This document shows positions 9,242-19,601 of a DNA stretch of 60,026 nucleotides, one piece after another. Each line of letters opens with the position of its first letter. The stretch's first letter is position 1. Source of the DNA: a virus (lineage: Duplodnaviria > Caudoviricetes); IMG/VR virus record IMGVR_UViG_3300009448_000013, positions 1 to 60,026 of that record; one strand, given 5' to 3'. A program made the translations under genes and the position numbers. A model generated the notes under the pieces. The model was not told the DNA's origin. It saw nothing but the letters and a program-made list of their open reading frames with translations, and searched no databases.

Positions 9242-9928
9242 ATGGCACACCGACAGCAGCGCGCGGGTCGCCCCAAACCCGATCGGTCACGCGCGCGCGC
9301 GACCTCACGAAAGGCCCCCCGCGCAACGCGGAAACCCGCCAAAAAGGCCCGATCCGGCAAGCGGAAGCCGAAACCGAAACCCGAGGCGCCGCCGACCGAG
9401 TTCGACGCTTGGCTCGCGTCGCTCACCCCGCGCGAACGTCGGGTCGACGAGGTGATCCAGCTGATGAACGCGGGCGCGTGGTTCGGGGCGACGTCACACC
9501 GGGCGCTCGCGAAAAAATGGGGCGTCCACCCGGGCACGGTCGAGCACGTGGCGACCGAGGCGAACCGGGTGATCCGGTTGCAGTTCCGCTACGACCGCGA
9601 CCCGGACGCTCGACGCGACGCGCTCGCGCGCACCGTCCGGAACTTTGAGGCGATCCATCATCTCGCCATGGTGAGCGGCAGCGTGTCGGGGCTGCGCGTG
9701 GCGCTCGAGGCGCAGGAGGCATTCGGGCGTTACGTGGGCATCGAGCCCCCGAAAAACGTTCGCGTCAAAACCGGCGACGACGAGTTCGAAAAGCTCACCG
9801 ACGAGCAGCTCGACGCGGTGTCGCGCGACGGCAGCGCGGCGATCCGGCGCATCAAGAACGAGCAAGACGCGGCCGTCGACGAGGGCGCGAGCCAAGCCAA
9901 GTCGCCCGCCGGCGGGGGCAACGCTTGA
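9242..9928 (+). CDS. putative terminase small subunit
   Basis: Directly upstream of and overlapping TerL; HTH-like segment; basic N-terminus. Confidence 0.6.
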   Translation: MAHRQQRAGRPKPDRSRARATSRKAPRATRKPAKKARSGKRKPKPKPEAPPTEFDAWLASLTPRERRVDEVIQLMNAGAWFGATSHRALAKKWGVHPGTVEHVATEANRVIRLQFRYDRDPDARRDALARTVRNFEAIHHLAMVSGSVSGLRVALEAQEAFGRYVGIEPPKNVRVKTGDDEFEKLTDEQLDAVSRDGSAAIRRIKNEQDAAVDEGASQAKSPAGGGNA

Positions 9929-11499
9929 CGGCGCGCAGTCCGTTCGAGCCGGAGCCGTCGGCGCGCGAGGAACTCATGCTGCGCGCGCGAGCTCGGGTCG
10001 AGCTCGACAAGCGGCGGGCCGAGTTCGACCTGCGCAAGTTCATCGAGATCTATCAACCCCACTACCGCGACCCGACGCACATGGCCGAGGTGTGCGCCGA
10101 GCTCGACCGGTCGATGCGAGAGCCCGTGTACTGCGCGCTCGAGGCGCCGCCGCGGCACGGCAAAACGAGCGTGCTGCAAGCGCACTGCGCGCGGCTGCTC
10201 AAGTATCGGCAGAAACCCCGGATCGCATGGTGCACCTACGCGAACGACGTCGCCTATCGCCGCAGCCGCGAGGTGCGCGAGCTCGCGGCGCGCGCCGGGG
10301 TGTGGGTGGGCGAGGAGCAAAAGACGGCGCAGCAGTTCGACCCGAGCAAGAGCGTCGCTTTCTGGCAAACGAGCTCGGGCGGGCTGTTCATCGCGGGCGG
10401 CCGCCACGCGCAGTGGGTGAGCGAGGGGTTCGACCTCATCGTTTACGACGACGCGCTGAAAGATGCCTCCGAGGCCGAGTCGCCGACGTTTCAAGAGGAG
10501 GCTTGGAAAACGTACCGGTCCACCCTCATGAGCCGGCGCGAGCCACGCTGCAGCGTGTTCGTGAGCCATCAGCGCTGGAACGTCGAGGACGTGATCGGCC
10601 GCTTGCGCGACTGGCTCGAGAAGGATCCGGACGCGCCGCCGTTCGTGCTGATCACGTTGCGAGCGCTCGAAAACCTGCGAGTCGAGACCGACAGCAACGG
10701 CGTCGAGCGCATCCTCGGCGGCGATCCGCTCGACCCGACGCGCTACGATCTGCCGGCGCTCATCGAAACGGCGTCGCTGCTCGGTGACTACTTCTGGCCG
10801 AACTTTCAGCAAGACGTGACGCCGCGCGGGCGCAAGGTGTTCCCCGAGCTCGCGCGTTACAAGGTGCCGCAGAGCGTCGGCGCGGTGCTGCTCGTGAGCT
10901 GCGATCCCGGCATCGAGGGCAGCGAGACCAAAGAGGCAAAGAAGACCAAGCCGGATCCGAGCGGGCTCGTCGTCGCGTGGGCGTACCTCGTCGATGGGTT
11001 CAAGGTCGTGCACGATCGGCACGGCGTCGCTCGCCGCGTGCCGTGCAAGCGCGTGCAGCTCGATGTCATTTGGGCAGAGCAGCTATGGCTCGAACCGCTC
11101 GATCTGCTGCAGTTCCTGTTCGATCTGCAGCACGTGCATTATGTCGGCGCCCCCGTGCTGCTCGAGGAAGCGAGCGCATTCCGGATCCTCGAGCTCGTCG
11201 CGGCCCGGACGCACGAGCAGCTCGCGATCGTGCCTGTGACGCCGCGGGGCAGTAAGATGCTGCGATCGCTACCGACGGCGGCGAGTGCGCGCGAGCAGCG
11301 CGTGCGTGTGCCGGAACAGGGCGACTGGGTGCCAAAGTTTTGCAAAGAGGTGCGCACGTTCACCGGCAAGCCGGGTCGAAAAGACAACATGGTTGACGCA
11401 CTTACGCAGCTGCACGACTACGCCGAGTTCGCTCTCGGCATTCAAGAGGCTGGCGCAACCAGTGGCGGAACGAGTAGCATGGGCCGCTCAGGCTACTGA
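9925..11499 (+). CDS. terL: terminase large subunit
   Basis: Walker A PPRHGKT, Walker B LIVYDD, nuclease SCDPG and KDNMVDA. Confidence 0.92.
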   Translation: MTARSPFEPEPSAREELMLRARARVELDKRRAEFDLRKFIEIYQPHYRDPTHMAEVCAELDRSMREPVYCALEAPPRHGKTSVLQAHCARLLKYRQKPRIAWCTYANDVAYRRSREVRELAARAGVWVGEEQKTAQQFDPSKSVAFWQTSSGGLFIAGGRHAQWVSEGFDLIVYDDALKDASEAESPTFQEEAWKTYRSTLMSRREPRCSVFVSHQRWNVEDVIGRLRDWLEKDPDAPPFVLITLRALENLRVETDSNGVERILGGDPLDPTRYDLPALIETASLLGDYFWPNFQQDVTPRGRKVFPELARYKVPQSVGAVLLVSCDPGIEGSETKEAKKTKPDPSGLVVAWAYLVDGFKVVHDRHGVARRVPCKRVQLDVIWAEQLWLEPLDLLQFLFDLQHVHYVGAPVLLEEASAFRILELVAARTHEQLAIVPVTPRGSKMLRSLPTAASAREQRVRVPEQGDWVPKFCKEVRTFTGKPGRKDNMVDALTQLHDYAEFALGIQEAGATSGGTSSMGRSGY

Positions 11500-11547
11500 G
11501 CCGAATCGATACAACTCATAGCGGGCAACTCTCGGAGGCACACGGGA

Positions 11548-12189
11548 ATGGCTGACAGTTCAAGGCGGGGCGCGTTCCCGTCAAAACCAATTAGCGCGGT
11601 TGCGGCGGTCGAGGGCATGCTCGATCACGCTGAACAACTCTGGCCGGCGTTCCGCGCCGCCGTCTCGGCGCTCGGCGTCGCGGCAAGCCATCCGGGCTCG
11701 CGGGCGACGCTGCGCGAGCTGTGCGCGCAGCACGTCGAGCTCGGGCGCGAGCTCGGCCGCGCCGAGGGGTTCGAGACCATGCGAGCACAGCTCGTGAAGC
11801 TGCTCGACGAGGCGACGGCTAAGTTCCACGCCGACGCGACGGTGCTGCTCTGCCCCGATTGCGGGGCGCCCGTGGGGCCCGAGTGCCCGCACGTCGCGCA
11901 GCGCCTCGCCGACCCGCCGACGCCGGAAGCGCTCGACGCATGGCGCAACGGGCGGCGCCACCTTTGGGTGCTCGTGACGCATCAAGTGGGGCGCGCTGAC
12001 ATCGCGTCCAGCGAGGCGCAGGTCAAAGCAGCTGGCCGCCGCAAACTCTGCGAGAAAAACCTCGACGCGGTCGCCAACGCGCGGCCCGTGCAAGCTGTGC
12101 TCGAGGCCGAGCAACCCTCGCGCCGCAGCCTCCGACAGCGCCTCGGCGCAGCTCTCGCGGCGGGCGTCGCCTCGTGGGAACGGTCGTGA
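11548..12189 (+). CDS. hypothetical protein
   Basis: GGAGG RBS; CPDCG knuckle. Confidence 0.6.
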   Translation: MADSSRRGAFPSKPISAVAAVEGMLDHAEQLWPAFRAAVSALGVAASHPGSRATLRELCAQHVELGRELGRAEGFETMRAQLVKLLDEATAKFHADATVLLCPDCGAPVGPECPHVAQRLADPPTPEALDAWRNGRRHLWVLVTHQVGRADIASSEAQVKAAGRRKLCEKNLDAVANARPVQAVLEAEQPSRRSLRQRLGAALAAGVASWERS

Positions 12190-12455
12190 AAGAGGCTCGC
12201 TTGAACGTGATGCCGCTCGCCGTCGACTTCACGCCGGCAGAGCGGCTGTTCGCCGAGTATCACCCCGAGGCCATCGAGGAGCTCGAGCAGTGCGTGCGCG
12301 ACGGCCTGATGACGCGCGACGAGGCGCTCACGATGTTTCGTCGGCTCGACGAACTCGCCGAGGGCGTGCTCGCCGGCGACTTCACCGAGGCCGTCGGGGC
12401 GCAGGTCGCGATAGACCTGGCAATCAACGCGCGCGACGGGCGAAAGGCGAATTGA
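12186..12455 (+). CDS. hypothetical protein
   Basis: Coupled acidic ORF. Confidence 0.55.
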   Translation: MKEARLNVMPLAVDFTPAERLFAEYHPEAIEELEQCVRDGLMTRDEALTMFRRLDELAEGVLAGDFTEAVGAQVAIDLAINARDGRKAN

Positions 12456-12658
12456 TGACGCCAAGCGAGCGAGCCTGCACGCAATGCCTCGCCCGAGGTA
12501 TCCGCGTCACCGCGTGGTATGTCGCCGCCGACGGCGTGTGCCTCGAATGGTTCGAGTGCGACGAGCACGACGCGACCGACAATGTCGCCGGCGTCACCCG
12601 AACGACGCGCACGCCGATCGCCGAGTGGCGTGCCGCGCGGGGGCTCGTCAACGACTAA
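12455..12658 (+). CDS. small Cys-containing hypothetical protein
   Basis: TGATG coupling; CTQC...CDEH. Confidence 0.55.
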   Translation: MTPSERACTQCLARGIRVTAWYVAADGVCLEWFECDEHDATDNVAGVTRTTRTPIAEWRAARGLVND

Positions 12659-13014
12659 TGCCGCGCCGTTGCATTCCCATGTACGACGCCGCCGGCAACT
12701 GGACCGGCAGCGTCACCGTCGACGTGCGAAACCACTACTGCAAGACGTGCGGCCGCGTGGCGACGCTGCAGTGCGATTACCCGACGAGGACGCGCGCCGG
12801 CAAAGCGCGCACGTGTGACGCCTGGATCTGCCAGGGCTGCGCGACCGAGGTCGGGCCCGATAGGCACCACTGCCCGCCGCACCAGCGCCAGCACGAGGCG
12901 TGGGCCGCGAAAGCCGACGAACAGCTGCGGCTGGCGCTGCCGGGCGCACCTGGGATCAATTCAGAGGCGGCGCAGGCCGTCGAAACGAAAGGGCAAAACC
13001 ATGACGAGGAGTGA
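12658..13014 (+). CDS. zinc-finger hypothetical protein
   Basis: CKTCG...CDYP...CDAWICQGC...CPPH. Confidence 0.65.
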   Translation: MPRRCIPMYDAAGNWTGSVTVDVRNHYCKTCGRVATLQCDYPTRTRAGKARTCDAWICQGCATEVGPDRHHCPPHQRQHEAWAAKADEQLRLALPGAPGINSEAAQAVETKGQNHDEE

Positions 13015-13018
13015 GGGC

Positions 13019-14020
13019 ATGAAACGAGTTTGGGCACAATTGGGCGCGCTAATCTTGGCTCTCGGCTGCGGGGCATCGGGCGGCGACCAGCCACCGGCCG
13101 AGGTCGTCGTCGAGGCGCCGCCGGTGGAATACGCGATCGTCGACGGGGCCGAGCTCGGGGCGCAGGCGCCTCGGCTGCTCGCCGAGGTCACCACCGACGA
13201 GGGCGTGCGGGTGGCGTTTCACGAGGTGTTCGCTCGCGACGACGAGGCCGAGACGGTGTCGGCGTCAATCATCGTCGCCGAGTTCGGGCACGAGGGCAGC
13301 CCGGATCCCGTCGCCGAGGTGCACGCCTCGGTTGACGTGGCGCTCACGAGCGCCGAGCTGTGGGTCGCGCTCACCGGCACGCCCGACGAGCTGCCGACCG
13401 ATCTGGCGGCGCATCACGAGCGGGAGGTGTGGCTACTCGGGCGCACGAGCACCGAGTTCCTCGCGGCTCGCCGCGTGCCGCTCGAGCCCGTCGTGTTCGC
13501 GCAGGCCAAGGGCATCGAGCACAACTTGCAAGCAGATTCGTGGGACGACAACGCGACGTTTCTGCAGCCGTTGCCGGCCCATCAGCACACCGGCGTCATG
13601 ATCGGGGATTACCAGATGGCCGGGGTGTCGACGCCGGAGCCCAAACCGTTTTACGTGTACGCGTGCACGGGGCGGACGTCGGCCAAGACGGTGCACAAGG
13701 GCGTGCTGCCCGGCCTCGCCAACAATTGCGCCAAGACGCGTCAGACGGGTTGGGTGCGCGCCGGCATTGCCAACGTGCTCCTGAACTCGCTGCCCGTGGG
13801 CGTCTCGCGCGCGTTTCGCGTCGACCCCTATTACGGGCCCGGGGGTGGGCCCGTCGGCGACGCGTGGGTTGGCATGACGCACTTTTTCCTGGACGACGGG
13901 CAGTGGACGGTTTGGGGCTGGAACACGGCGACGTCGAAAGGCCTGTCGCTCGCCGCGTCCCGCGAGTCCCGCGCCGAGCCCTACGTGCGGCTTTACACCG
14001 GCGTGATGACCCAAAACTGA
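13019..14020 (+). CDS. putative lipoprotein (moron-like)
   Basis: Signal peptide with lipobox LALGC. Confidence 0.7.
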   Translation: MKRVWAQLGALILALGCGASGGDQPPAEVVVEAPPVEYAIVDGAELGAQAPRLLAEVTTDEGVRVAFHEVFARDDEAETVSASIIVAEFGHEGSPDPVAEVHASVDVALTSAELWVALTGTPDELPTDLAAHHEREVWLLGRTSTEFLAARRVPLEPVVFAQAKGIEHNLQADSWDDNATFLQPLPAHQHTGVMIGDYQMAGVSTPEPKPFYVYACTGRTSAKTVHKGVLPGLANNCAKTRQTGWVRAGIANVLLNSLPVGVSRAFRVDPYYGPGGGPVGDAWVGMTHFFLDDGQWTVWGWNTATSKGLSLAASRESRAEPYVRLYTGVMTQN

Positions 14021-14023
14021 TCG

Positions 14024-14245
14024 ATGCCGAATTGCAAATCCTGCGGGGCCGCCGTGCGGTGGGTCAAGATGGCGGCCACCGGCAAGAGCATGATCCTCGA
14101 CGTGCAGCGCTCGGCGAGCGGCAACGTCGTCGTCAACGAGGACGGCTCGGGCGCGATGGCACTGCCCGGCGACGAGCGGCCCCGCTACGTGACGCACTGG
14201 TCGACGTGCCCGTTCGCCAGCACACATCGAAAGGCAAAGCGATGA
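14024..14245 (+). CDS. small zinc-binding phage protein
   Basis: CKSCGA...HWSTCP. Confidence 0.7.
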   Translation: MPNCKSCGAAVRWVKMAATGKSMILDVQRSASGNVVVNEDGSGAMALPGDERPRYVTHWSTCPFASTHRKAKR

Positions 14246-14655
14246 AAAAGCAGGTAGTCCGATGCGACGGCTGCGCGGAGTCTTTCGACCCCGACGAGGT
14301 CGAGCACCTTGGCGATTGCGACCTGCACTTTTGCGACGCGTGCATGCCGGCGCGTGCAACGGTGCCGTGGACGCCCGGCATTGCGAGCGAGTGTTTCGGG
14401 CAGATCTCAGGCGGGGCCGTGATCCAGATGTTTCGTGTGATGCGAGCGCTGCGGCGGATCGCAGACCGCCAGCCGACGCCCGACACCGCGCAGGCGACGA
14501 GCTCGGATATCGCGCGCGAGTCGGGCGTCGACGAGCTCACCGTCAACGGCGCCATGATTCTCGCCGGCGAGCTCGGGCTCGTCGTATTCGAGCGCGCGCC
14601 GATCGAGGTGCCGCGGCCGCTGCTCGGCGCGTCGGGCTCACCGGGCGTCGCCTGA
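14242..14655 (+). CDS. zinc finger plus winged-HTH-like protein
   Basis: CDGC...CDAC; TSSDIARESGV. Confidence 0.55.
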   Translation: MKKQVVRCDGCAESFDPDEVEHLGDCDLHFCDACMPARATVPWTPGIASECFGQISGGAVIQMFRVMRALRRIADRQPTPDTAQATSSDIARESGVDELTVNGAMILAGELGLVVFERAPIEVPRPLLGASGSPGVA

Positions 14656-14699
14656 CGGCTCGACGTGACGTAAGGCCCGGGCCGGGATAGTCTTGCGGG

Positions 14700-16760
14700 G
14701 TGCAGTCAGCCCGCTATCGCGTCGCGACGTCCCTTGCCCCCGTGCCGCCCGCGAACGTCGCCGCCATCGGGCGCGACTATTTCGCCGGGCAGATCCCACA
14801 CAACGAGCAATACCGCCCGCACTTTGGCCGGGGGCTGAATCTCGACACGATCGACCAGTGCATTCGGGCGGCCAACGCTGGAATGATGAGCCGGATCACG
14901 GACCTGTCGCGCGAAACCATCTCGCTCGACGGCCAGGTGATCGGGCTCTTGCAAAAGAGGCTCAATCGCATTTGCTCGCTCGAGCACCAGATCGAGCCCG
15001 CCAACGGCCCCGGCATCGACGACGGCCGAGCGAAGGAATACGCGGCGCACGTGCGCGAGAACATCGCGCAGATCTCGAACTGGCGCGACCGCATGTGCGA
15101 CATCGCGTGGGGCGTGTTCGACGGGCGCTCGGCGAGCGAGATCGAGTGGCAGCGCCGCAGCCGGATCCTTTGGGCGCGAGACCTGCACTGGATCCACCCG
15201 CGGCGCATCTCGTTCGGGCCCGACCGCGACCTGCGCGTGATCGAGCCCGAGCGGCAGATCGGTAACTTTTACGACATCGGGTTTCCGCTCGAGGAGCTGC
15301 CCTATAAGTTCGTGACGTTCCGGCCGCGCATGTTCGGCGATTACCAGGAGCGCGAGGGGCTCGCGTATCGGACGCTGTACTGGTCGTTTTTCGGCCGCTG
15401 CGGCACGCGCGAGCGGCTCGAACTGATGGAAATTTTCGGCAAGCCGTGGCGGATCCTCATTCCGAAAACGGGCGTCGGTATGCCTGCCGTCAACGTCGAC
15501 GCTCTGCAGCAGGGCTTTCAAGCGCTCACGCTGCTCGGATTCCACAACACGGCGCGCATGCCGGCGAACGTCGACGTGCAGGTCGTGCAGCCCGAGCAGG
15601 GGGCGGGCCAGGTGCACGCCGACGTCATCCACGACGCGCGCGACGTGCTCTCGATCATGTACACGGGCCACGTCATCACGACGAGCGCCGCCCCGACGGG
15701 CCTCGGCTCGGGCGTGGCGGACCGAGCCAGCGACGCGTTCGAGCTCTTGATCCAGGCCGACGCCGGACGTGTCGCCGAGACGATCGAGGACAAGTTCACC
15801 GACGCCATGATCGCGGTGAACTACGGCCCCGAGTGGATGAGCCACGCGCCGCGGTTCAAGCTCATCACGAACCCGCCGGGCGATTCGGGCACCGAAGCCG
15901 AGAACATCGACAAGGCGCTGAAAGTCGGCCTGCGCGTCGCCGAGGAGGAAGCGCGCAAACGCACCGGTTTCCGCGAGGTGCGGCCCGATGAACCCTACCT
16001 CGTGCGCACGCAGCGCCCCGCCGAGCCCGGCCAGATCGCGCCGCCGCCCGGGCCCGAGCTCGTGTTTCCGCTCGGCAAGGCGCCCGTCGCGGGCGAACTC
16101 ATCGCGACCCCGGACGTGCCCATCAATCCCGGTGACCTCGAGGGCGGCCTCGACGGACCGCCCGCCCCGCAGCTGCCCCCGTCGCCCGGCGCCGGCAACG
16201 ACCCGACGGCGCGGGCCGCGCTGCCGTCGCCCGGTGATGACACCGACGAGGACGACGACGAGGGCGTCGCGGCGCTCGCGGCGAGCATGACCGAGCTCGG
16301 GGTGAAAACGTGCGAGCACGGCAAGCGCAATCGGTGCCGGATCTGCGGCATCGAACGCGACCGGAAAGTCGAGCTCGACGCGACCGGTGAACCTTTGTGG
16401 GGCGGCGGTTGGAAGCCAATCAAGCGCAAGCGAGGGGCGTCGCGGCCGGCGCCGGGCGACCCCGCTGCGGCTGGGCCAGTCGCCGCGGTACCGGAGCGAC
16501 GCCCCTCGTCGCCCCTCCCCGGTGGCGACCCGTCGCCACGCGTTCCCGGCGACCCGTCGCCCATGGACGGCGAGGACGAGTCGCCCGTCGACGCGGTCGA
16601 CGACGAGCCGAGCGAGTGCCCCACGTGCGGCGGCGAGCTCGGCACGAACGCCGAGTGTGAGACCTGCAAGAAAGTGACGGCACAAGCCTCGCTCACGGCG
16701 ACCGGCCGAGTCGACCGCGAGTGGCTCGCGGCGCTGCTCTTGCAGATCGCCCATGGCTGA
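14700..16760 (+). CDS. portal protein, DUF935/Mu gp29-like, with long Pro/Asp-rich and Zn-ribbon C-terminal extension
   Basis: [26 protein letters not shown]...MEIFGKPWR motifs; position after terminase. Confidence 0.85.
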   Translation: MQSARYRVATSLAPVPPANVAAIGRDYFAGQIPHNEQYRPHFGRGLNLDTIDQCIRAANAGMMSRITDLSRETISLDGQVIGLLQKRLNRICSLEHQIEPANGPGIDDGRAKEYAAHVRENIAQISNWRDRMCDIAWGVFDGRSASEIEWQRRSRILWARDLHWIHPRRISFGPDRDLRVIEPERQIGNFYDIGFPLEELPYKFVTFRPRMFGDYQEREGLAYRTLYWSFFGRCGTRERLELMEIFGKPWRILIPKTGVGMPAVNVDALQQGFQALTLLGFHNTARMPANVDVQVVQPEQGAGQVHADVIHDARDVLSIMYTGHVITTSAAPTGLGSGVADRASDAFELLIQADAGRVAETIEDKFTDAMIAVNYGPEWMSHAPRFKLITNPPGDSGTEAENIDKALKVGLRVAEEEARKRTGFREVRPDEPYLVRTQRPAEPGQIAPPPGPELVFPLGKAPVAGELIATPDVPINPGDLEGGLDGPPAPQLPPSPGAGNDPTARAALPSPGDDTDEDDDEGVAALAASMTELGVKTCEHGKRNRCRICGIERDRKVELDATGEPLWGGGWKPIKRKRGASRPAPGDPAAAGPVAAVPERRPSSPLPGGDPSPRVPGDPSPMDGEDESPVDAVDDEPSECPTCGGELGTNAECETCKKVTAQASLTATGRVDREWLAALLLQIAHG

Positions 16761-19374
16761 CCTGCGGGACGCAGCAGCGCGCGCAGCGGCTCGGCTCTTG
16801 CGCGGCGACACGGGCCCCTCGGGCGCGGCAGGGCCCGCCGGCGCGCGCGGCGCCACCGGGCCAGCGGGCACGCCGGGAACCGCAGGGCAGCCCGGCGAGC
16901 GGGGGGAAACGGGGCCAGTGGGCGAGCAGGGCCCGCCCGGCGAGCGCGGACCGCAGGGCCTCGACGGCGAGCGCGGCGCGACCGGGCCACGCGGCGAGCG
17001 CGGCGACACCGGGCCCGAGGGCGCTACCGGTCCAATGGGCCCGCAGGGCTTGCAGGGCGTTCGCGGTGCGACGGGCGACACCGGTCCCGCTGGACCCACG
17101 GGGCCCGCAGGGGCGCGCGGACGCGGCGGCGGCATGGGCACGCGCGGGCAGCCGGGCGACACCGGTCCGGCTGGACCCACGGGGCCCACTGGACCGGCAG
17201 GGGCGAACGGTGCAACCGGCGCAACCGGTCCGACAGGCCCCGACGGTGGCCCCCTCGACGCCGAGTTTCTGCTCGTCACGGCCCACCCCGATCTGCCGCT
17301 CGCGCGCGTGACGCTCGACACGGCGACGCACCGTTGGGTCTACTCGGTTGGCGGGTTCGTCTCGGTCGCGCTAACCGATTACGAGGCCGGCACCGTCAAC
17401 GCGAACATCCTCGACACGCTCGCCCCTGCGCGTCGCTGGCAGCTGTCGCTGCTCGCCGGAGCCGGGATCGCGTGGGTCGTTGATCTCCGCAGCCTCGCCG
17501 CGCCGCCGGTCGTCGTCGTCGCCGAATATTCGTTCGACTCGGCGGGCGTGCTCTTGGCGTCGCACCCCGTGCCAATCTCGGCACTCCGGCAGAACGGCGA
17601 CCGGATCGTGATCGAGCTCTACACGACGGGGCTCAGTTTCGGCGCGTCGGCGCTCACGCTGCCGGCGAACTTTACGCGCATGTCGGGCGAGAGCACGGCC
17701 GTCAACGGCGTCGGCTGCACCGACGCGATCGAGCTCATTCACTTGAGCGGTGCGAACGACCCGGGCAACACCCTGAACATCGCGCTCGCGCTGCCGCTCG
17801 CCATCGCGGGGCGCGTCTGGATCCTGCGCGACACCCACACGACGCTGCCCGCCAAAGCGCGCGCCGGCACGAGCACGACGAGCGGCGCCACGCGAACGGT
17901 GAGTTTCCTCGTCGCCCCGTGGGGCGAGGCGAACGGGTTTTTTGGCGCGTTCGTCGGCACGAACAACTCGGCGATGACCGTGACAGGCTTCCCGGCGGGC
18001 TACGCCGACGGGCAGGGGCAGCAGTCGATCGCGAGCAGCACGGGCGGGCATGGCATAACGATGGGGTTCGCGCGGCAGCACCAGCGGTCGGGCATTCTGT
18101 CGCCCGTCACCTGGTCGTTTTCCGCCTCGCGGCGCTCGGGCGCGATTCACTACGTGGTCGCGCCATTGCCCGCCGGCAGCTTCGAACTCGAGGCGAGCTC
18201 GGCCATCGCGGGCGGCACGTTCGTCGGCAACCGTTTCGACTCGCCCGACGAGCCCGAGGCCGAGTTCATCGAGGATCTGTTCGGGCTCGACTTCGCTTAC
18301 GAGGAGTCGATCGCGTTCGGGCGCGCGCCGTCGATTGCGTTCGAACTGCCGGTGCTGTTCGACGCTCTGACAACGAACCACGCCGGGCCGATGCCCCCCG
18401 CGGTGAACCGGCAGGGCGTGCTCGCGGTAGTCAATACGGGCGTGCTCGCCACGCTCACGACGCCGACCGAGCGCCCGTGGCAGCTGCTCGCAACGACGAG
18501 CAACGCCAACCACCGCAAGGCTTGGTATTGGCTCGAGGTCGACGAGTCGGTCGAGGCCATCACTGCCGACGTGGATTTCGTTACGAGCGTCGCGAGCGGC
18601 CTAAGCGTGCGCTATTTCGTGATCGACGACGCGAACTTTGACCTCACGCCAGTGATGTCGGCGCTCACGGTCATGACGCTGCAGACCGCCACGAGCAACG
18701 ACGTCGCGAGCACGAACGGTGGCAGCGGCCCCGCGGACTATCTTTGCATTCTCACCGTCGGCACGGCCATCGACACGAACACGCTGGTCAGCTTCGCAGC
18801 GGGCTACACGGGCGTGGGGCAAGACGTCGTGCCCGGCGCGACCAACATCGACGGCACGCTGATCTACGGGCACAAGACACTGAGCCAGGCGACGACCGAG
18901 GACCCCGGCGCCGTGTCGTATCTCGCCGACATCAACGGCCGCAGCATCGGCGGCATGGTCATGTTCCAGCCGCGCAAGCGCGGCAAGGTGCAAGCCGTCA
19001 TTCGCCCGGCGGGGCTCGCCGTCGAGGCCGCGGGCATCGCGGTGCCGTTCATGATCGAGGTGCCGTTCGTCGCCGGCGCGGCGGGCACCCCCGACGACGT
19101 GACGAAATACAACGCCGACGCGCCGTTCGCGTTCAAGATTCAGGGCGCGCACTGCATCACGACGACGGGGATCGGAGGCGCCACGGTGCAAGCGCGCGAC
19201 ACGGCAGGCGGCGGCGGCGCGGCGCTCACGAGCGCAATGGCGGCAGCGGGCGCCGGAACGACGTACAACAATGATACCGACACGCGCGCCGTGCCCGCGG
19301 GCGGGTCGCTGTTCGTGCGCCGCAGCGACCGCGGCGTCGCCGGCAAGCTGATCATTCAAGCGGTGCGCACATGA
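16753..19374 (+). CDS. collagen-like repeat virion fibre/decoration protein
   Basis: About 50 Gly-X-Y triplets (~16804-17250) followed by beta-rich domains. Confidence 0.75.
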   Translation: MADLRDAAARAAARLLRGDTGPSGAAGPAGARGATGPAGTPGTAGQPGERGETGPVGEQGPPGERGPQGLDGERGATGPRGERGDTGPEGATGPMGPQGLQGVRGATGDTGPAGPTGPAGARGRGGGMGTRGQPGDTGPAGPTGPTGPAGANGATGATGPTGPDGGPLDAEFLLVTAHPDLPLARVTLDTATHRWVYSVGGFVSVALTDYEAGTVNANILDTLAPARRWQLSLLAGAGIAWVVDLRSLAAPPVVVVAEYSFDSAGVLLASHPVPISALRQNGDRIVIELYTTGLSFGASALTLPANFTRMSGESTAVNGVGCTDAIELIHLSGANDPGNTLNIALALPLAIAGRVWILRDTHTTLPAKARAGTSTTSGATRTVSFLVAPWGEANGFFGAFVGTNNSAMTVTGFPAGYADGQGQQSIASSTGGHGITMGFARQHQRSGILSPVTWSFSASRRSGAIHYVVAPLPAGSFELEASSAIAGGTFVGNRFDSPDEPEAEFIEDLFGLDFAYEESIAFGRAPSIAFELPVLFDALTTNHAGPMPPAVNRQGVLAVVNTGVLATLTTPTERPWQLLATTSNANHRKAWYWLEVDESVEAITADVDFVTSVASGLSVRYFVIDDANFDLTPVMSALTVMTLQTATSNDVASTNGGSGPADYLCILTVGTAIDTNTLVSFAAGYTGVGQDVVPGATNIDGTLIYGHKTLSQATTEDPGAVSYLADINGRSIGGMVMFQPRKRGKVQAVIRPAGLAVEAAGIAVPFMIEVPFVAGAAGTPDDVTKYNADAPFAFKIQGAHCITTTGIGGATVQARDTAGGGGAALTSAMAAAGAGTTYNNDTDTRAVPAGGSLFVRRSDRGVAGKLIIQAVRT

Positions 19375-19601
19375 GGATCCACCTCAAAGCCGACAGGCCG
19401 CTTCCGCTCGGGCTCGCGCGGCTCGTTCGGATCGTCGCAAACTTGCCGTTGAACCAGGCCGTCGCTATGCGTCGACAAGTCGCCCGAGCGCGGCTCAATG
19501 GCAACCCGCCGAAACGCAAGGGCCTGCCCCCGCGCGACGTCGCGCGCATGCTCAAAATGACGCTCGCGCAGCTGCGCGATTTGGTTGCACCGGATCCTTG
19601 A
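19371..19601 (+). CDS. small basic hypothetical protein
   Basis: ATGA coupling; HTH-like C-terminus. Confidence 0.5.
   Translation: MRIHLKADRPLPLGLARLVRIVANLPLNQAVAMRRQVARARLNGNPPKRKGLPPRDVARMLKMTLAQLRDLVAPDP

Noticed and set aside
16439-16601. TIGR-like or mini-CRISPR guide array
   Set aside because: Units are 22-24 bp inside a coding frame, with no box C/D motifs and no recognisable Nop-domain or Cas effector; the RuvC here looks like an ordinary resolvase.
14706-17321. Long antisense ORFs (14706-17321, 3152-4993, 44911-46515 and similar)
   Set aside because: Shadow frames of high-GC genes; Arg/Ala/Pro-rich without motifs and fully overlapping well-supported genes.
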